Shown here piece by piece: positions 9,529 to 18,596 of a stretch of DNA of 64,000 nucleotides (the first letter of the stretch is position 1; each line of letters begins with the position of its first letter). The stretch is taken from positions 369 to 64,368 of the forward strand of contig PUMM01000141.1 in NCBI GenBank assembly GCA_003551365.1. The letters run 5' to 3'. Source of the DNA: Clostridia bacterium. GTDB lineage: Bacteria > Bacillota > Sulfobacillia > SLMV01. Made by a program: the position numbers and the translations under genes. The notes below the pieces were generated by a model that was not told the origin of the DNA, did not search any database, and saw only the letters and a program-made list of their open reading frames with translations.

Positions 9529-10512
9529 CTATCTCAGGTCCAGCATCTCGGGGTAGTCTGCTACCCAACGCGCATAGTGACGCAGGGAATGGGTTGGGGG
9601 ATCATCAATCTGATACTGAAGGCGGGCGAGGCGCTCTACCCGCATGGGTCGCTCACCGCTGGTGGGGGTGATGTGAACATCTGCACTGGCTGCATCGGGG
9701 ACCATTTTGATGTCGTGTTCCGGGTACTCATTCTGCAGGACAGTGACTATTTCCTCCGGATATACGAAGCGCCCCGTGGAGACATTTATGACCGGGACGT
9801 CAGTGGGTTCACTGCGGAGAGCCAGATGGCCGATGGCGGCTGCGGCGTCCGGTGCGTAGGTCCAATCCCGGGCCGCGCCGGTGCGCGAGACCCGCAGGGG
9901 ATATCCACCGTGGGCGGCGCGGACCAGACTGTATACTGCCGACATGTTTGGGCGCACTCCCGTGGGTCTTTCCCAAGGACCGTATAGTGAGGGCAGCCGA
10001 ACGCTGAATGCCTCCCCCATCTGACCCCGGTCGGAGTAGAGGTTGACGAACTTTTCGGCTGCGACTTTGCTCTTTCCGTAGCTGGTGGGTGGGTCGACGG
10101 GCAGATCCTCATCCAGTACATCTCGGTCGGTGCGAATGCCGCGGTATACGGCGGAAGAGCTGGTGAATATGAAGCGGTGCACTCCCCGGGATTTTGCCCA
10201 GTGCAGGGCGCGGAGACATCCCATGAGGTTAACCTCCGCGGTGCGTGGCGGGTCAGGGTCGTCGTCTCCGGGGGTGATGGCTGCCGCGGATATCACGATG
10301 TCCGGTTTGCAGGTCATCTCCCGCCAGGACTCCTCCCGGCTCACATCCAATTCTCGCCAGTGCACGTTACTCGGGTGCGAACCCGAGGTCTGCAGGGACG
10401 TTGGTGGGCAGCTGATGTCGCAGGCGATCACCCGGCATCCTTGCCTCGCAAGAGCCTCAACCAGATTGCGCCCCAAAAAGCCACCTGCTCCGGTTATCAG
10501 GACTTCAGTCAT
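9529..10512 (-). CDS. NAD-dependent epimerase/dehydratase (extended SDR)
   Basis: N-terminal Rossmann motif VLITGAGGFLGRNLVEAL and YGKSK catalytic YxxxK. The ATG overlaps the upstream stop (ATGA at 10509-10512). Confidence 0.8.
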   Translation of the reverse strand: MTEVLITGAGGFLGRNLVEALARQGCRVIACDISCPPTSLQTSGSHPSNVHWRELDVSREESWREMTCKPDIVISAAAITPGDDDPDPPRTAEVNLMGCLRALHWAKSRGVHRFIFTSSSAVYRGIRTDRDVLDEDLPVDPPTSYGKSKVAAEKFVNLYSDRGQMGEAFSVRLPSLYGPWERPTGVRPNMSAVYSLVRAAHGGYPLRVSRTGAARDWTYAPDAAAAIGHLALRSEPTDVPVINVSTGRFVYPEEIVTVLQNEYPEHDIKMVPDAASADVHITPTSGERPMRVERLARLQYQIDDPPTHSLRHYARWVADYPEMLDLR

Positions 10513-11687
10513 GACTGGTTTCCTCTCCTCATGGTGTGGGGATTATGCGGTCCGCCCCCGTCACCGGAGAATATGGGGATCCTTTTGAGCAGCTGTCGGT
10601 GGATGCCGGTGTACCCGCATCGTCCGGCCACCACCGCGAAGAATTGACTCATAATACTCTCGTCCGTTGCTACCAGGCGGTGGATGAAGTGCGGAAAACG
10701 GGCGAAGATACGTGAAATGCCAGAGGCCATCCGCAGTTCAGTGCCGAGCCGTTCCCAGATCCTCTGCTCATAGGAGGACAGATCAGTTTTCCCCGTATCC
10801 CAGGCTCGCATGAGCTCTGCTGCTGCGAGCTCCGCGCTCAGCAGTGCGGCGGATATCCCCTCGCCCGTGAAAGGATCACATAGGTGGGCAGCATCTCCCA
10901 CCAGCAGGAAGCGCTGCCCGGCGATCGTATCGCGTGGGCCGGTGGGGATGGGGTGTCCCCGCAGATCGTGGGCCAGATCGGGGTCGATGTCGAGACGCCG
11001 GAGGTAAGAGGCCAGATGCTGGTGCAGGGGTATGCGGTTGCGTGCGAAGAACCCTGCCCCCACGTTGAGATGATCGTCTTTGGGGAACACCCAGGAGTAT
11101 CCACCGCGAATGTCCCCGTAGTCCAAAAGACAGGTGTCGAGCGGTCCCCGGTATACTTCTATGGGGACCCGGCACCGCAGGGCGGGTGCGAGCGGCGCCC
11201 GCGGCAGCCTGAGAGAGTGCGCTGTGGTTCCCACAGCCCCGTCGGCGCCCACTACGTAGGTTCCAGTCGCATCTCCCATCGCCGTGCGTACCCGGACTCC
11301 AGTGTGATCGATGTGCACATCATGTACGGGTACGCCGGAGTGCACTGCTGCTCCCTTCCGGGCGGCCATCTGCACGAGATGTGCGTCGAAGGTCCGACGG
11401 GAGACCAGGAGCACTTCGTCATCTGTCCCATGGTGAGTGACGGGATGATCAGCGTCGGCGTAGCGAAAGGTGAACTTGCGGACCGCGCGTTCCACAGGGA
11501 CGGCTGCGGGATCGGTCATCCGGGAGAGGATATCGATCGACTTTGGCGTGACCGCTCCTCCACAGGGTTTGCTGCGCGGGAGCTCTTCTTGTTCCAGTAG
11601 GACAGTAGAGATTCCCGCATCGGCCAGTAGAGCCGCCAGGGACGCGCCCGACGGACCACCCCCGATTACTATGACTTGTGCCTTCAC
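10509..11687 (-). CDS. geranylgeranyl reductase-family FAD-dependent oxidoreductase
   Basis: Track ORF 10509..11759; GTG 11687 preferred (GGAGGTG SD 6 nt upstream). Dinucleotide fold VIVIGGGPSGASLAALLADAGISTVLLE; C-terminal LLVGDAAHLCDPFTGEGI is typical of the GGR/FixC-like family. Confidence 0.75.
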   Translation of the reverse strand: MKAQVIVIGGGPSGASLAALLADAGISTVLLEQEELPRSKPCGGAVTPKSIDILSRMTDPAAVPVERAVRKFTFRYADADHPVTHHGTDDEVLLVSRRTFDAHLVQMAARKGAAVHSGVPVHDVHIDHTGVRVRTAMGDATGTYVVGADGAVGTTAHSLRLPRAPLAPALRCRVPIEVYRGPLDTCLLDYGDIRGGYSWVFPKDDHLNVGAGFFARNRIPLHQHLASYLRRLDIDPDLAHDLRGHPIPTGPRDTIAGQRFLLVGDAAHLCDPFTGEGISAALLSAELAAAELMRAWDTGKTDLSSYEQRIWERLGTELRMASGISRIFARFPHFIHRLVATDESIMSQFFAVVAGRCGYTGIHRQLLKRIPIFSGDGGGPHNPHTMRRGNQS

Positions 11688-11831
11688 GCATCTCACCTCC
11701 CCTGAGCCCTGTGCTCTGATTTCTTCGCCAGCGGGGGGTCTCCTCCGTCGGCACGGCAAATCTGGTGCAGCAGGATGGGGCGGTTGCCCCGGAGAAGATG
11801 ATCATCACTGGTTGCAACAGATCCTATTTGC

Positions 11832-12221
11832 ATGAAGGAGACGGAGGTGACGGCTGTGCGCATTGAGTATCCCATTACATTTTTCTATTATCGCGATCTG
11901 GATTCGGTGATTCCCTTCTACCGGGATGTGCTGGGTTTGCAGCTGGAGGTGGATCAGGGGTGGAGCAAGATCTTCGCCGTGCATTCGGGACAGAGCTACG
12001 TGGGCCTGGTAGACGAGACCGCCGGGAGCATGTCTGCCACGGATGAAAAGGGCGTGCTTTTGACCCTGGTCGTCGATGATGTGGATGCCTGGCATCGTCA
12101 TATGCAGCAACACGGAGTTGCCGGGGTCACTGAACCCACGATGCACGAGGGCATCGGGGTCTATTGCTTTTTCTGCCGGGATCCCGAGGGGTACAGTATA
12201 GAGATCCAGAAATTCGTCTGA
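11832..12221 (+). CDS. VOC (glyoxalase/bleomycin-resistance fold) family protein
   Basis: 129 aa; ..FYRDVLGLQLEVD.. and ..FFCRDPEGYSIEIQ.. are the paired beta-alpha-beta-beta-beta module strings of VOC proteins. Alternative GTG start 11856 has the better SD (GGAGGTG). Confidence 0.7.
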   Translation: MKETEVTAVRIEYPITFFYYRDLDSVIPFYRDVLGLQLEVDQGWSKIFAVHSGQSYVGLVDETAGSMSATDEKGVLLTLVVDDVDAWHRHMQQHGVAGVTEPTMHEGIGVYCFFCRDPEGYSIEIQKFV

Positions 12222-12317
12222 TGGACAGCTGCACACCAGCTGGAGACAGCGCGGGCAGCCGCAGTGCCTGCCCGCGCTGTAGGTCCGCCCGTCTCGCATT
12301 ACCTTTGGCGGATGAGC

Positions 12318-12941
12318 TCACTCTGCCTCTGCCGCTGAACGCAGTATTTCCTCGGCCCTGACCTGATTGAAGATGCCGCAGGGACAGAAGGAGGCGAGTC
12401 TTTCCGCTGCCTCCCGGGCAGAGGTCTTATTGTCACATACCCGGTCCAGTTCTCGCTGCACGATTCCATCCGGTACCATGTGATGGCCGCACATGGTGGT
12501 GATCTCCAGTACAGTGTCGCTGGGAAGGCGCTCCGTGTTGCCGAAGACGCCCAGGGAAAAATTGATGGTGTGCGGCGGGACTCCCGCTGAGCGGCAGGCT
12601 GCCAGAATGAGATCCAGTCTGCCGGCAATGATGACTGACAATCCTATGTCCTCTTCCGCAATGCGGCGCAGAAACTCTGCTACCTGCTCCTCGGAAGTGA
12701 AGACCCCCCGCAGGCGCGAACTGTCTCCGATTTTCTCCCGCACTTGCTGTTCGGGTAGAGCTACCACCGGACCCGACTTGACATCTCCCCAGTTGACTGA
12801 GCCGACCTCATCGACGACTCTCATGAAGCTGCGAGCCTTCCCCGCTATGTCATCGTCGTTGATGCCCTTTGACTGGTACATCAACCAGACGAAATCCCGG
12901 TCTGCCGCGGTGTTTCCGCACCGGTGCAGGCTGTGTGTCAT
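12318..12941 (-). CDS. conserved-looking hypothetical protein with Cys/His cluster
   Basis: 207-aa ORF, no family recognised. Possible metal site TTMCGHHMV..LASFCPCGIFN. Only 14 nt downstream of the 4Fe-4S protein gene, same strand. Confidence 0.55.
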   Translation of the reverse strand: MTHSLHRCGNTAADRDFVWLMYQSKGINDDDIAGKARSFMRVVDEVGSVNWGDVKSGPVVALPEQQVREKIGDSSRLRGVFTSEEQVAEFLRRIAEEDIGLSVIIAGRLDLILAACRSAGVPPHTINFSLGVFGNTERLPSDTVLEITTMCGHHMVPDGIVQRELDRVCDNKTSAREAAERLASFCPCGIFNQVRAEEILRSAAEAE

Positions 12942-12955
12942 GCGTGTTCCTCCTT

Positions 12956-13684
12956 TCAGTCGTGGGCGAGGGGGCGACCGAGCCCCATGTTGACCTTGCC
13001 GCGTTCCGGTTGCGGCAAGCCGCTCGCCTCAATCATGTCCAGGACGGGGGTGTGGCCATCTTCATCCACGCGGGCTATTAGTCCGAGAGAGAAGACGGTA
13101 GCAATGTCCCCCTCTACCTCCCTTATTGCCTGCAGTACCTGCGGCAGCCCCTCGATTTCCACCTTGCCTTCTATTATGACGGACAGGACGTGTAAATCGA
13201 GCACGTCGTCCTGCAGTCTGCCGGTCTCCGGGTCGCTCATGAGTTTGGCCAGGGGAGTACTCCCGGCCCCGGCAAAGCGAACACCAGCGGCCGCGACTGC
13301 CATGGCCACCTTCTGCACATCGCGCATGTAGCAGCCGACGCCCGGCCGGCCCATATCGATGGCGATGCCCACTTCATCTGCCCCAAAGCGGCCGGTGACA
13401 TCGTTGGTCTTGGACTCCTCAGTTCCCCTGCCGGGTACGCCGGTTTCCTCGGTCGTCTCCGAGGGATCGCTGATTACGTGTTTGAACATATCGCCGAAGG
13501 TCTCCAGTGGCGTCTTCTCTATGGCTTCCTGTGGACAGGCCTCATTGCGGTAGCAGACCCAGCATTGCACGCAGACGGCGGGGTCTATCTCCACCCGACC
13601 CTCGCCGTCCGGCGAGATGGCATTTACGTTGCAGTAGGGGATGCACTCGAGGCAGCCGATGCATTTGTCTGCATTGACCCGCAC
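12956..13684 (-). CDS. 2x[4Fe-4S] ferredoxin-domain protein with uncharacterised C-terminal domain
   Basis: N-terminus CIGCLECIPYC ... CVQCWVCYRNEAC gives two CxxCxxCxxxC-type clusters, followed by about 170 aa with no recognised motif. Confidence 0.7.
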   Translation of the reverse strand: MRVNADKCIGCLECIPYCNVNAISPDGEGRVEIDPAVCVQCWVCYRNEACPQEAIEKTPLETFGDMFKHVISDPSETTEETGVPGRGTEESKTNDVTGRFGADEVGIAIDMGRPGVGCYMRDVQKVAMAVAAAGVRFAGAGSTPLAKLMSDPETGRLQDDVLDLHVLSVIIEGKVEIEGLPQVLQAIREVEGDIATVFSLGLIARVDEDGHTPVLDMIEASGLPQPERGKVNMGLGRPLAHD

Positions 13685-14120
13685 CGACGATCACCTCCCT
13701 TTCACACGTCCTATCCTGCACGTCGCTCTGTCGTAGCGGGAAAGCGGTGCTCGCGGCCTCAGCTGCTGAACAGCTCCCGGATCGATTGCCGCCCCGCCTT
13801 ACGCAGCCAGTACTTCGGTGAATGTGGGGCGAATCCTGCCGGATATGCCACCTACCGCGGCAGTGCCGGTCTTGGGGGGTAGAAGAATGCGGGCGGCCGA
13901 CATAAGATCTTCACATCCACCACAGAAGGAAGAGGTGAAGGATCTTGCCCACGTTTCTCTTCTGCGGCTCCGAACTGAGTGAGGACGACCCGGCAGAAGA
14001 TTGTCGAGTCATTTACGAAAGATAAAGCAGAAAGCCCACGGCTACAGCGCCGGGATGAATGCGTAATAGATAGATGAAAGCCATCCATTTTGCGTTATAA
14101 TTACTATATGAGTAAAGTAG

Positions 14121-14423
14121 GTGGGCTGCCAGTCATGCAGTTGCAGCAACATAGATTCCCATCATTATCCTGGCTCCAAAACGTGCCATCTTTGCAAATC
14201 AGCAAACACGGAATTGGCTCTACCTGATCGAACCTGGGCCTGCAGTTGCTGCGCTGTTCATGGCAGGGATTTGGACGCTGCAATTAATACTCACATGCGA
14301 GGGCCATCTCCCATTGGGCCAGGAGACGTAAGACCTGCCATTGTCGAGGCAGTCTCTGTTTACTTCCAGAATCCCACCGGCTTGGGCCGTGGTAGTATGT
14401 CAACTGCGGAGCACCGAGCGTGA
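14121..14423 (+). pseudogene. IS200/IS605-family TnpB (OrfB) C-terminal remnant
   Basis: ..YPGSKTCHLCKSANTELALPDRTWACSCCAVHGRDLDAAINT.. is the zinc-ribbon plus RuvC-III block of TnpB (usual form SSxxCSxCG..L.LS.R.W.C..CG..HDRD.NAA.NI). Only about the last 100 residues are present. The usual HDRD is HGRD. The upstream boundary is an abrupt AT-rich patch (14080-14120). Confidence 0.65.
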
Positions 14424-14553
14424 TGAGGTGGTGTGGGTGGGCAGCTGCAATCTGACCGCGATGATGACTGAGAACATCTTTTTTTCGCTGCCCGGCCGTA
14501 TTGCGCCAGCCGGGCCCGTCGCTGCTGGTTCTTCAGAGAGGGGGTGAGGGCAG

Positions 14554-14784
14554 ATGGTCGAAGCCTTCGTGCTCACCAATGCAGATTCTGATGATCTGGC
14601 GGAATTGAAGAAGGAACTGATGATCCTCGATCACATCAAGTCAGTTCACATTATTACCGGTCCGTACGATCTCATCGTCACTGTGGAGGTGGCGGACATG
14701 CGCGAACTGGCAGATGTGGTCATGGGAGAGATGCGCAGCATTAGTGGAGTTCGCGAGACCCTGACCTGTGTCTCTGTGGGATAG
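14554..14784 (+). CDS. stand-alone Lrp/AsnC ligand-binding (RAM) domain protein
   Basis: 76 aa; ..HIITGPYDLIVTVEVADMRELADVV..ISGVRETLTCVSV matches the AsnC_trans_reg pattern (tG.yD..v.v...d...l...v...i..i.GV..t.T). GAGGGGGTGAGG SD upstream. Confidence 0.7.
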   Translation: MVEAFVLTNADSDDLAELKKELMILDHIKSVHIITGPYDLIVTVEVADMRELADVVMGEMRSISGVRETLTCVSVG

Positions 14785-14798
14785 GCTTCCCCGCTGGG

Positions 14799-14828
14799 CC
14801 GGGGGCGGTGGCGCTCTCCTGCCCCCGG
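14799..14828 (+). terminator. GC-rich hairpin after the RAM-domain gene
   Basis: CCGGGGGC (14799-14806) pairs with GCCCCCGG (14821-14828); 14-nt loop; no U-tract. Confidence 0.3.
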
Positions 14829-15375
14829 CGCTCGTCTCCTCCAGCTACCGCAGCTCTGACTATCATTGAAGTCCAGCGCCCGTTCAGCCGCGTCCAATCC
14901 CGCCCTCCCGGGGTGCAGCGGCCCCCATCGTCTGGGCAGCATCAATGTGGCAGACGGCAGCAGATCTCCAACCCCGGTGAACACCCCCGTGCCCCGGTGA
15001 TGACCGAAATGCTCCGTATCTCCACTGGAGGTCGCTTCTTTCAAAATTGCAAATCGCTATATTTCGTTGCAGGAGTGGGGGCATAACCCGTGGAACTGCA
15101 TAGATGAACCTTACAGGTACGAAAATGGCAGATGCCAGCGATGCCCGCGCGGTGGTCGCTGGCGCCGGATGTTATGGGGGCTTGCGGGAATTCGGGGGCG
15201 ATTGCTCACCCGGTTACTCACTGACCTTCATCTGACTCATCCGCGGCGCAGCGGCCTACGACAGTGAGGACGGAACACTTTTGGGTAAGGGGCGGCGACA
15301 GAAACATACCCGGGAAGCATGCCCGGGGCGAAAGGTGTGGTCAGCGCGCTGGCCACCTCAGAGGAGGGTGATTGG

Positions 15376-16572
15376 ATGATGGATTTCAGTTTGACGTCGG
15401 AGCAGAAGATGGTCCGGGACATGGTGCGCAGGTTTGCCGAGCAGGAGCTGGAGCCGAACATGGAGGAATGGGATGAGGCGGAAGCCTTTGCACCCTGGGT
15501 GTTCGATCGCATGGCGGAACAGGGGATCCTGGGGCACTGCCTTCCCACCAGGTATGGCGGCGGTGGCATGGACTATATCACTCTGGGGCTGGTGTGTGAG
15601 GAGCTGGAGAGGATTGACACCTCGTTCCGCGTGGTAATGTCGGTGCACATCGGACTCTGCTCTTTTGGCATTTTGCAGTGGGGAACCGAGGAGCAGAAAC
15701 AGAAATACCTGACGCCCCTGGCCAAGGGGGAGAAGCTGGGAACCTTCGGGATGACCGAACCGAACGCCGGATCCGATGTTGCGGCAATCGAGACGGTGGC
15801 GGAACGGAAGGGCGACGAGTACATTCTGAACGGTGAGAAGATGTGGATATCGCTGGCTGACACGGCAGATACTTTTGTGGTCATTGCCCGCACTGACCCC
15901 ACAGCCGGGCACCGCGGCATCTCTGCTTTCATCGTTGAGCGGGATATGCCCGGTTTCGAATCTGAGGAGATACACGGCAAGATGGGCATCCGGGCCGGGG
16001 ATACCGGTTCATTTACCATGCAGGATTGCCGCGTCCCGGCGGAAAACCTGCTGGGCGAAGAAGGAGAGGGCTTCAAGGTGGGCATGTCCTGCCTGGATGG
16101 CGGTCGCTACACTGTTGCCGCCGGTGCGGTCGGTCTGATTCGTGCCTGTCTGGAGACCAGCAAGAAGTACTCCATGGAGCGGGAAACCTTCGGTAAACCC
16201 ATAGCTGAGCACCAGTTGGTTCAGCAGATGATTGCGCGCATGGCGCGGGATGAGGAAGTGACGCGCCTTCTGGTGTACAAGGCGGGATGGTTGAAGAACG
16301 AAGGGGTTCGCAACACCCGGGAGACCTCACTCGCCAAGTGGTACGGCTGCGATGCCGCCTTCCGTGCGGCGGAGGACGCGGTGCAGATCCACGGAGCCTA
16401 CGGCTATTCCAATGAGTATCCGGTTGAAAGATATCTTCGCAACTCCAAGGGTGCGGTGATCTACGAGGGGAGCGCCGAAATTCAGACTCTGCTGCAGGCC
16501 TCCTATGCGCTGGGTATGCGGAAAGACAAGCCCCTGCGCTGCGAGCTGCCGGGTTGGCCATTCGAGGAGTGA
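15376..16572 (+). CDS. acyl-CoA dehydrogenase (short/butyryl-chain type)
   Basis: Track ORF 15319..16572; ATG 15376 follows GAGGAGGG. MMDFSLTSEQKMVRDMVRRFAEQEL.., GMTEPNAGSDV and the C-terminal IYEGSAEIQ are classic ACAD motifs. Confidence 0.9.
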   Translation: MMDFSLTSEQKMVRDMVRRFAEQELEPNMEEWDEAEAFAPWVFDRMAEQGILGHCLPTRYGGGGMDYITLGLVCEELERIDTSFRVVMSVHIGLCSFGILQWGTEEQKQKYLTPLAKGEKLGTFGMTEPNAGSDVAAIETVAERKGDEYILNGEKMWISLADTADTFVVIARTDPTAGHRGISAFIVERDMPGFESEEIHGKMGIRAGDTGSFTMQDCRVPAENLLGEEGEGFKVGMSCLDGGRYTVAAGAVGLIRACLETSKKYSMERETFGKPIAEHQLVQQMIARMARDEEVTRLLVYKAGWLKNEGVRNTRETSLAKWYGCDAAFRAAEDAVQIHGAYGYSNEYPVERYLRNSKGAVIYEGSAEIQTLLQASYALGMRKDKPLRCELPGWPFEE

Positions 16573-16595
16573 GTTGCTGTGGGAGGGATGAAGTC

Positions 16596-17381
16596 TTGCG
16601 GTACATTGTCTGTATGAAGCAGGTTCCGGAAGCCACCGAGGTGGACATAGATCAGGAAACGGGGACATTGCTGCGGGAGGGAATTCCCTCCATTATCAAC
16701 CCCTTCGACGAGTATGCCATTGAGGAGGCCCTGCAGTTCCGCGAGGAGCACGGTGGCGAGGTGACCGTGCTCTCCATGGGACCCCCGCAGGCAGAGGAGG
16801 CCCTGCGCGAGTCGGTGGCCATGGGGGCGGACGATGGAATTCTTCTTTCCGATCCGGCCTTCCGCGGGGCCGACACCCTGGCCACTGCCCGCACTCTGGC
16901 CGCTGCGGTCAAGAAGATGGGAGACTACTCGGTCATACTGTGCGGCAAGCAGGCCATAGATGGCGACACTGCGCAGGTGGGACCCGAACTGGCGGAACTG
17001 CTGGATATTCCTCACGTGGCTGATGTGCGCGATGTGCGGGAGCTCACCGATGAGAACATAACAGTGGAACGGATGATAGAGGGAGGATATGAGATCGTGT
17101 GCGCCTCTCTCCCGGCGCTGGTGACGGTGCTCAAGGACATCAATGAGCCGCGTCTGGCCAATATGCAGGGTATCATGCGGGCCAATCAGATGGACATCCC
17201 CACCTGGGGAATGGATGACCTGAATCTCTCCTCCACAGAGGTGGGGTTGGATGGATCTGCGACAGAAGTGATCCGGGTGTTCACTCCCGAGGCGGGAGAA
17301 CCCGGAGAGATGATAGAGGGCGAGCCCCGCGAGCAGGCGCGGGAGCTGGCGAACAGGCTGCGGGACGCCGGCGCAATTTAG
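16596..17381 (+). CDS. etfB: electron transfer flavoprotein beta subunit
   Basis: Track ORF 16554..17381; TTG 16596 preferred (GGGAGGGA SD 7 nt upstream). LRYIVCMKQVPEATEV..INPFDEYAIEEAL..ILCGKQAIDGDTAQVGP are typical EtfB strings. Confidence 0.85.
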   Translation: MRYIVCMKQVPEATEVDIDQETGTLLREGIPSIINPFDEYAIEEALQFREEHGGEVTVLSMGPPQAEEALRESVAMGADDGILLSDPAFRGADTLATARTLAAAVKKMGDYSVILCGKQAIDGDTAQVGPELAELLDIPHVADVRDVRELTDENITVERMIEGGYEIVCASLPALVTVLKDINEPRLANMQGIMRANQMDIPTWGMDDLNLSSTEVGLDGSATEVIRVFTPEAGEPGEMIEGEPREQARELANRLRDAGAI

Positions 17382-17391
17382 GAGGTTGCCA

Positions 17392-18582
17392 ATGCGACAG
17401 CTGCTCATAGATCATGACAGGTGCACTCGTTGCGAAATGTGCCTTTCTGCCTGCCCCTTCGGGGCTCTCAGCCTGGGGGAGGAAGGCCTGGAGGTTGGTG
17501 ATCAGTGCAATCTCTGTGGGGCCTGTGTCGATGAGTGTCCCGAGGGAGCACTGGACATATCGGGAGAACGTGAGGAGGTCGATGTTTCCGATTGGCAGGG
17601 CATCTGGGTCTTCGTTGAACACAGCGATGGTCGGATCGCTGGCGTGGTGGGTGAACTGCTCACCGAAGCCCAGAAGATGGCCGGCAAGGCCGGTTACGAG
17701 GTTTCCGCCGTCCTGGCGGGTGCGGGGGTGGCTGACCTCGTCGATGAGGTCATAGCCCGCGGTGCGGACCGGGTTTACCTGGCCGATCACGAGGATCTGG
17801 CATCCGTGCATGAGGAGACATATGCAGGTTTGCTGGCCGCCCTGGTGCGTCGCCATCGCCCCGCCGCGTTTCTGTTCGGGGCCACGGTGCGGGGGCGCTC
17901 GCTGGCGCCGCGGCTCGCGGCCCGCCTGGGTACCGGTCTGACGGCTGACTGCACCGAACTTGATCTGGAATCATCGGGACAACTGATCCAGACGCGCCCG
18001 GCCTTCGGGGGAAACATAATGGCCACCATCGTCTGCCCGAATCACCGACCCCAGATGGCCACGGTTCGTCCGAGAATACTGCGTGCTGACCCTCCGGATG
18101 CAGGTAGAGAGGGCGAGGTAGTGGATCTATCCGATGAAATGGAAGTAGTGGCCGCCCGCACCGTCCTACTGGATGCGGTGCGGGAGGATGCCGAGGGGGT
18201 GCAGATAGAGGATGCTGACATCATAGTGGCCGGAGGGCGCGGACTGGGTGGCCCGGAGGGGTTCGACATGATACGCGACCTGGCCCGGACGCTGGGTGGC
18301 GCGGTTGGCGCCTCCCGTGCGGTGGTTGATTCTGGTTGGATTCCCTACCCCCATCAGGTGGGGCAGACCGGCAAGACTGTCAGTCCCAATGTCTACATCG
18401 CCTGCGGCATATCGGGTGCGGTGCAGCACTTAGCCGGCATGCGATCATCGGACACGATCATAGCCATAAACAGAAACCCGGAAGCGCCCATATTCAAGAT
18501 CGCCACCTACGGTCTGGTGGGCGACCTGTCCAGCATAATTCCGCATCTTAAGGAAGAAATCGAGAAGGCTCGTGAGGAATAA
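17392..18582 (+). CDS. etfA: electron transfer flavoprotein alpha subunit with N-terminal 2x[4Fe-4S] ferredoxin domain
   Basis: ATG 17392 is 6 nt after GGAGG. The first ~60 aa hold CTRCEMCLSACP and CNLCGACVDECP. The remainder is EtfA (..RPAFGGNIMATI.., ..VGASRAVVDSGW..QVGQTGKTVSP.YIACGISGAVQH..G). Confidence 0.85.
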   Translation: MRQLLIDHDRCTRCEMCLSACPFGALSLGEEGLEVGDQCNLCGACVDECPEGALDISGEREEVDVSDWQGIWVFVEHSDGRIAGVVGELLTEAQKMAGKAGYEVSAVLAGAGVADLVDEVIARGADRVYLADHEDLASVHEETYAGLLAALVRRHRPAAFLFGATVRGRSLAPRLAARLGTGLTADCTELDLESSGQLIQTRPAFGGNIMATIVCPNHRPQMATVRPRILRADPPDAGREGEVVDLSDEMEVVAARTVLLDAVREDAEGVQIEDADIIVAGGRGLGGPEGFDMIRDLARTLGGAVGASRAVVDSGWIPYPHQVGQTGKTVSPNVYIACGISGAVQHLAGMRSSDTIIAINRNPEAPIFKIATYGLVGDLSSIIPHLKEEIEKAREE

Positions 18583-18596
18583 GGAGGCTGATCCAA

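Noticed and set aside
13852-14088. 78-aa reverse-strand ORF and a 34-codon ORF (MSAARILLPPKTGTAAVGGISGRIRPTFTEVLAA, about 13782-13886) in the gap upstream of the TnpB remnant.
   Set aside because: No SD, no recognisable motif, and interrupted frames. They may be debris from the same deletion event, but I cannot support a call.
14096-14107. The 12-mer TATAATTACTAT is shared between 14096-14107 and 52947-52958; I considered it a possible repeat or mobile-element end.
   Set aside because: A single 12-nt match is within chance expectation for 64 kb on two strands. Both copies are more simply explained as independent -10-like AT-rich promoter sequences.
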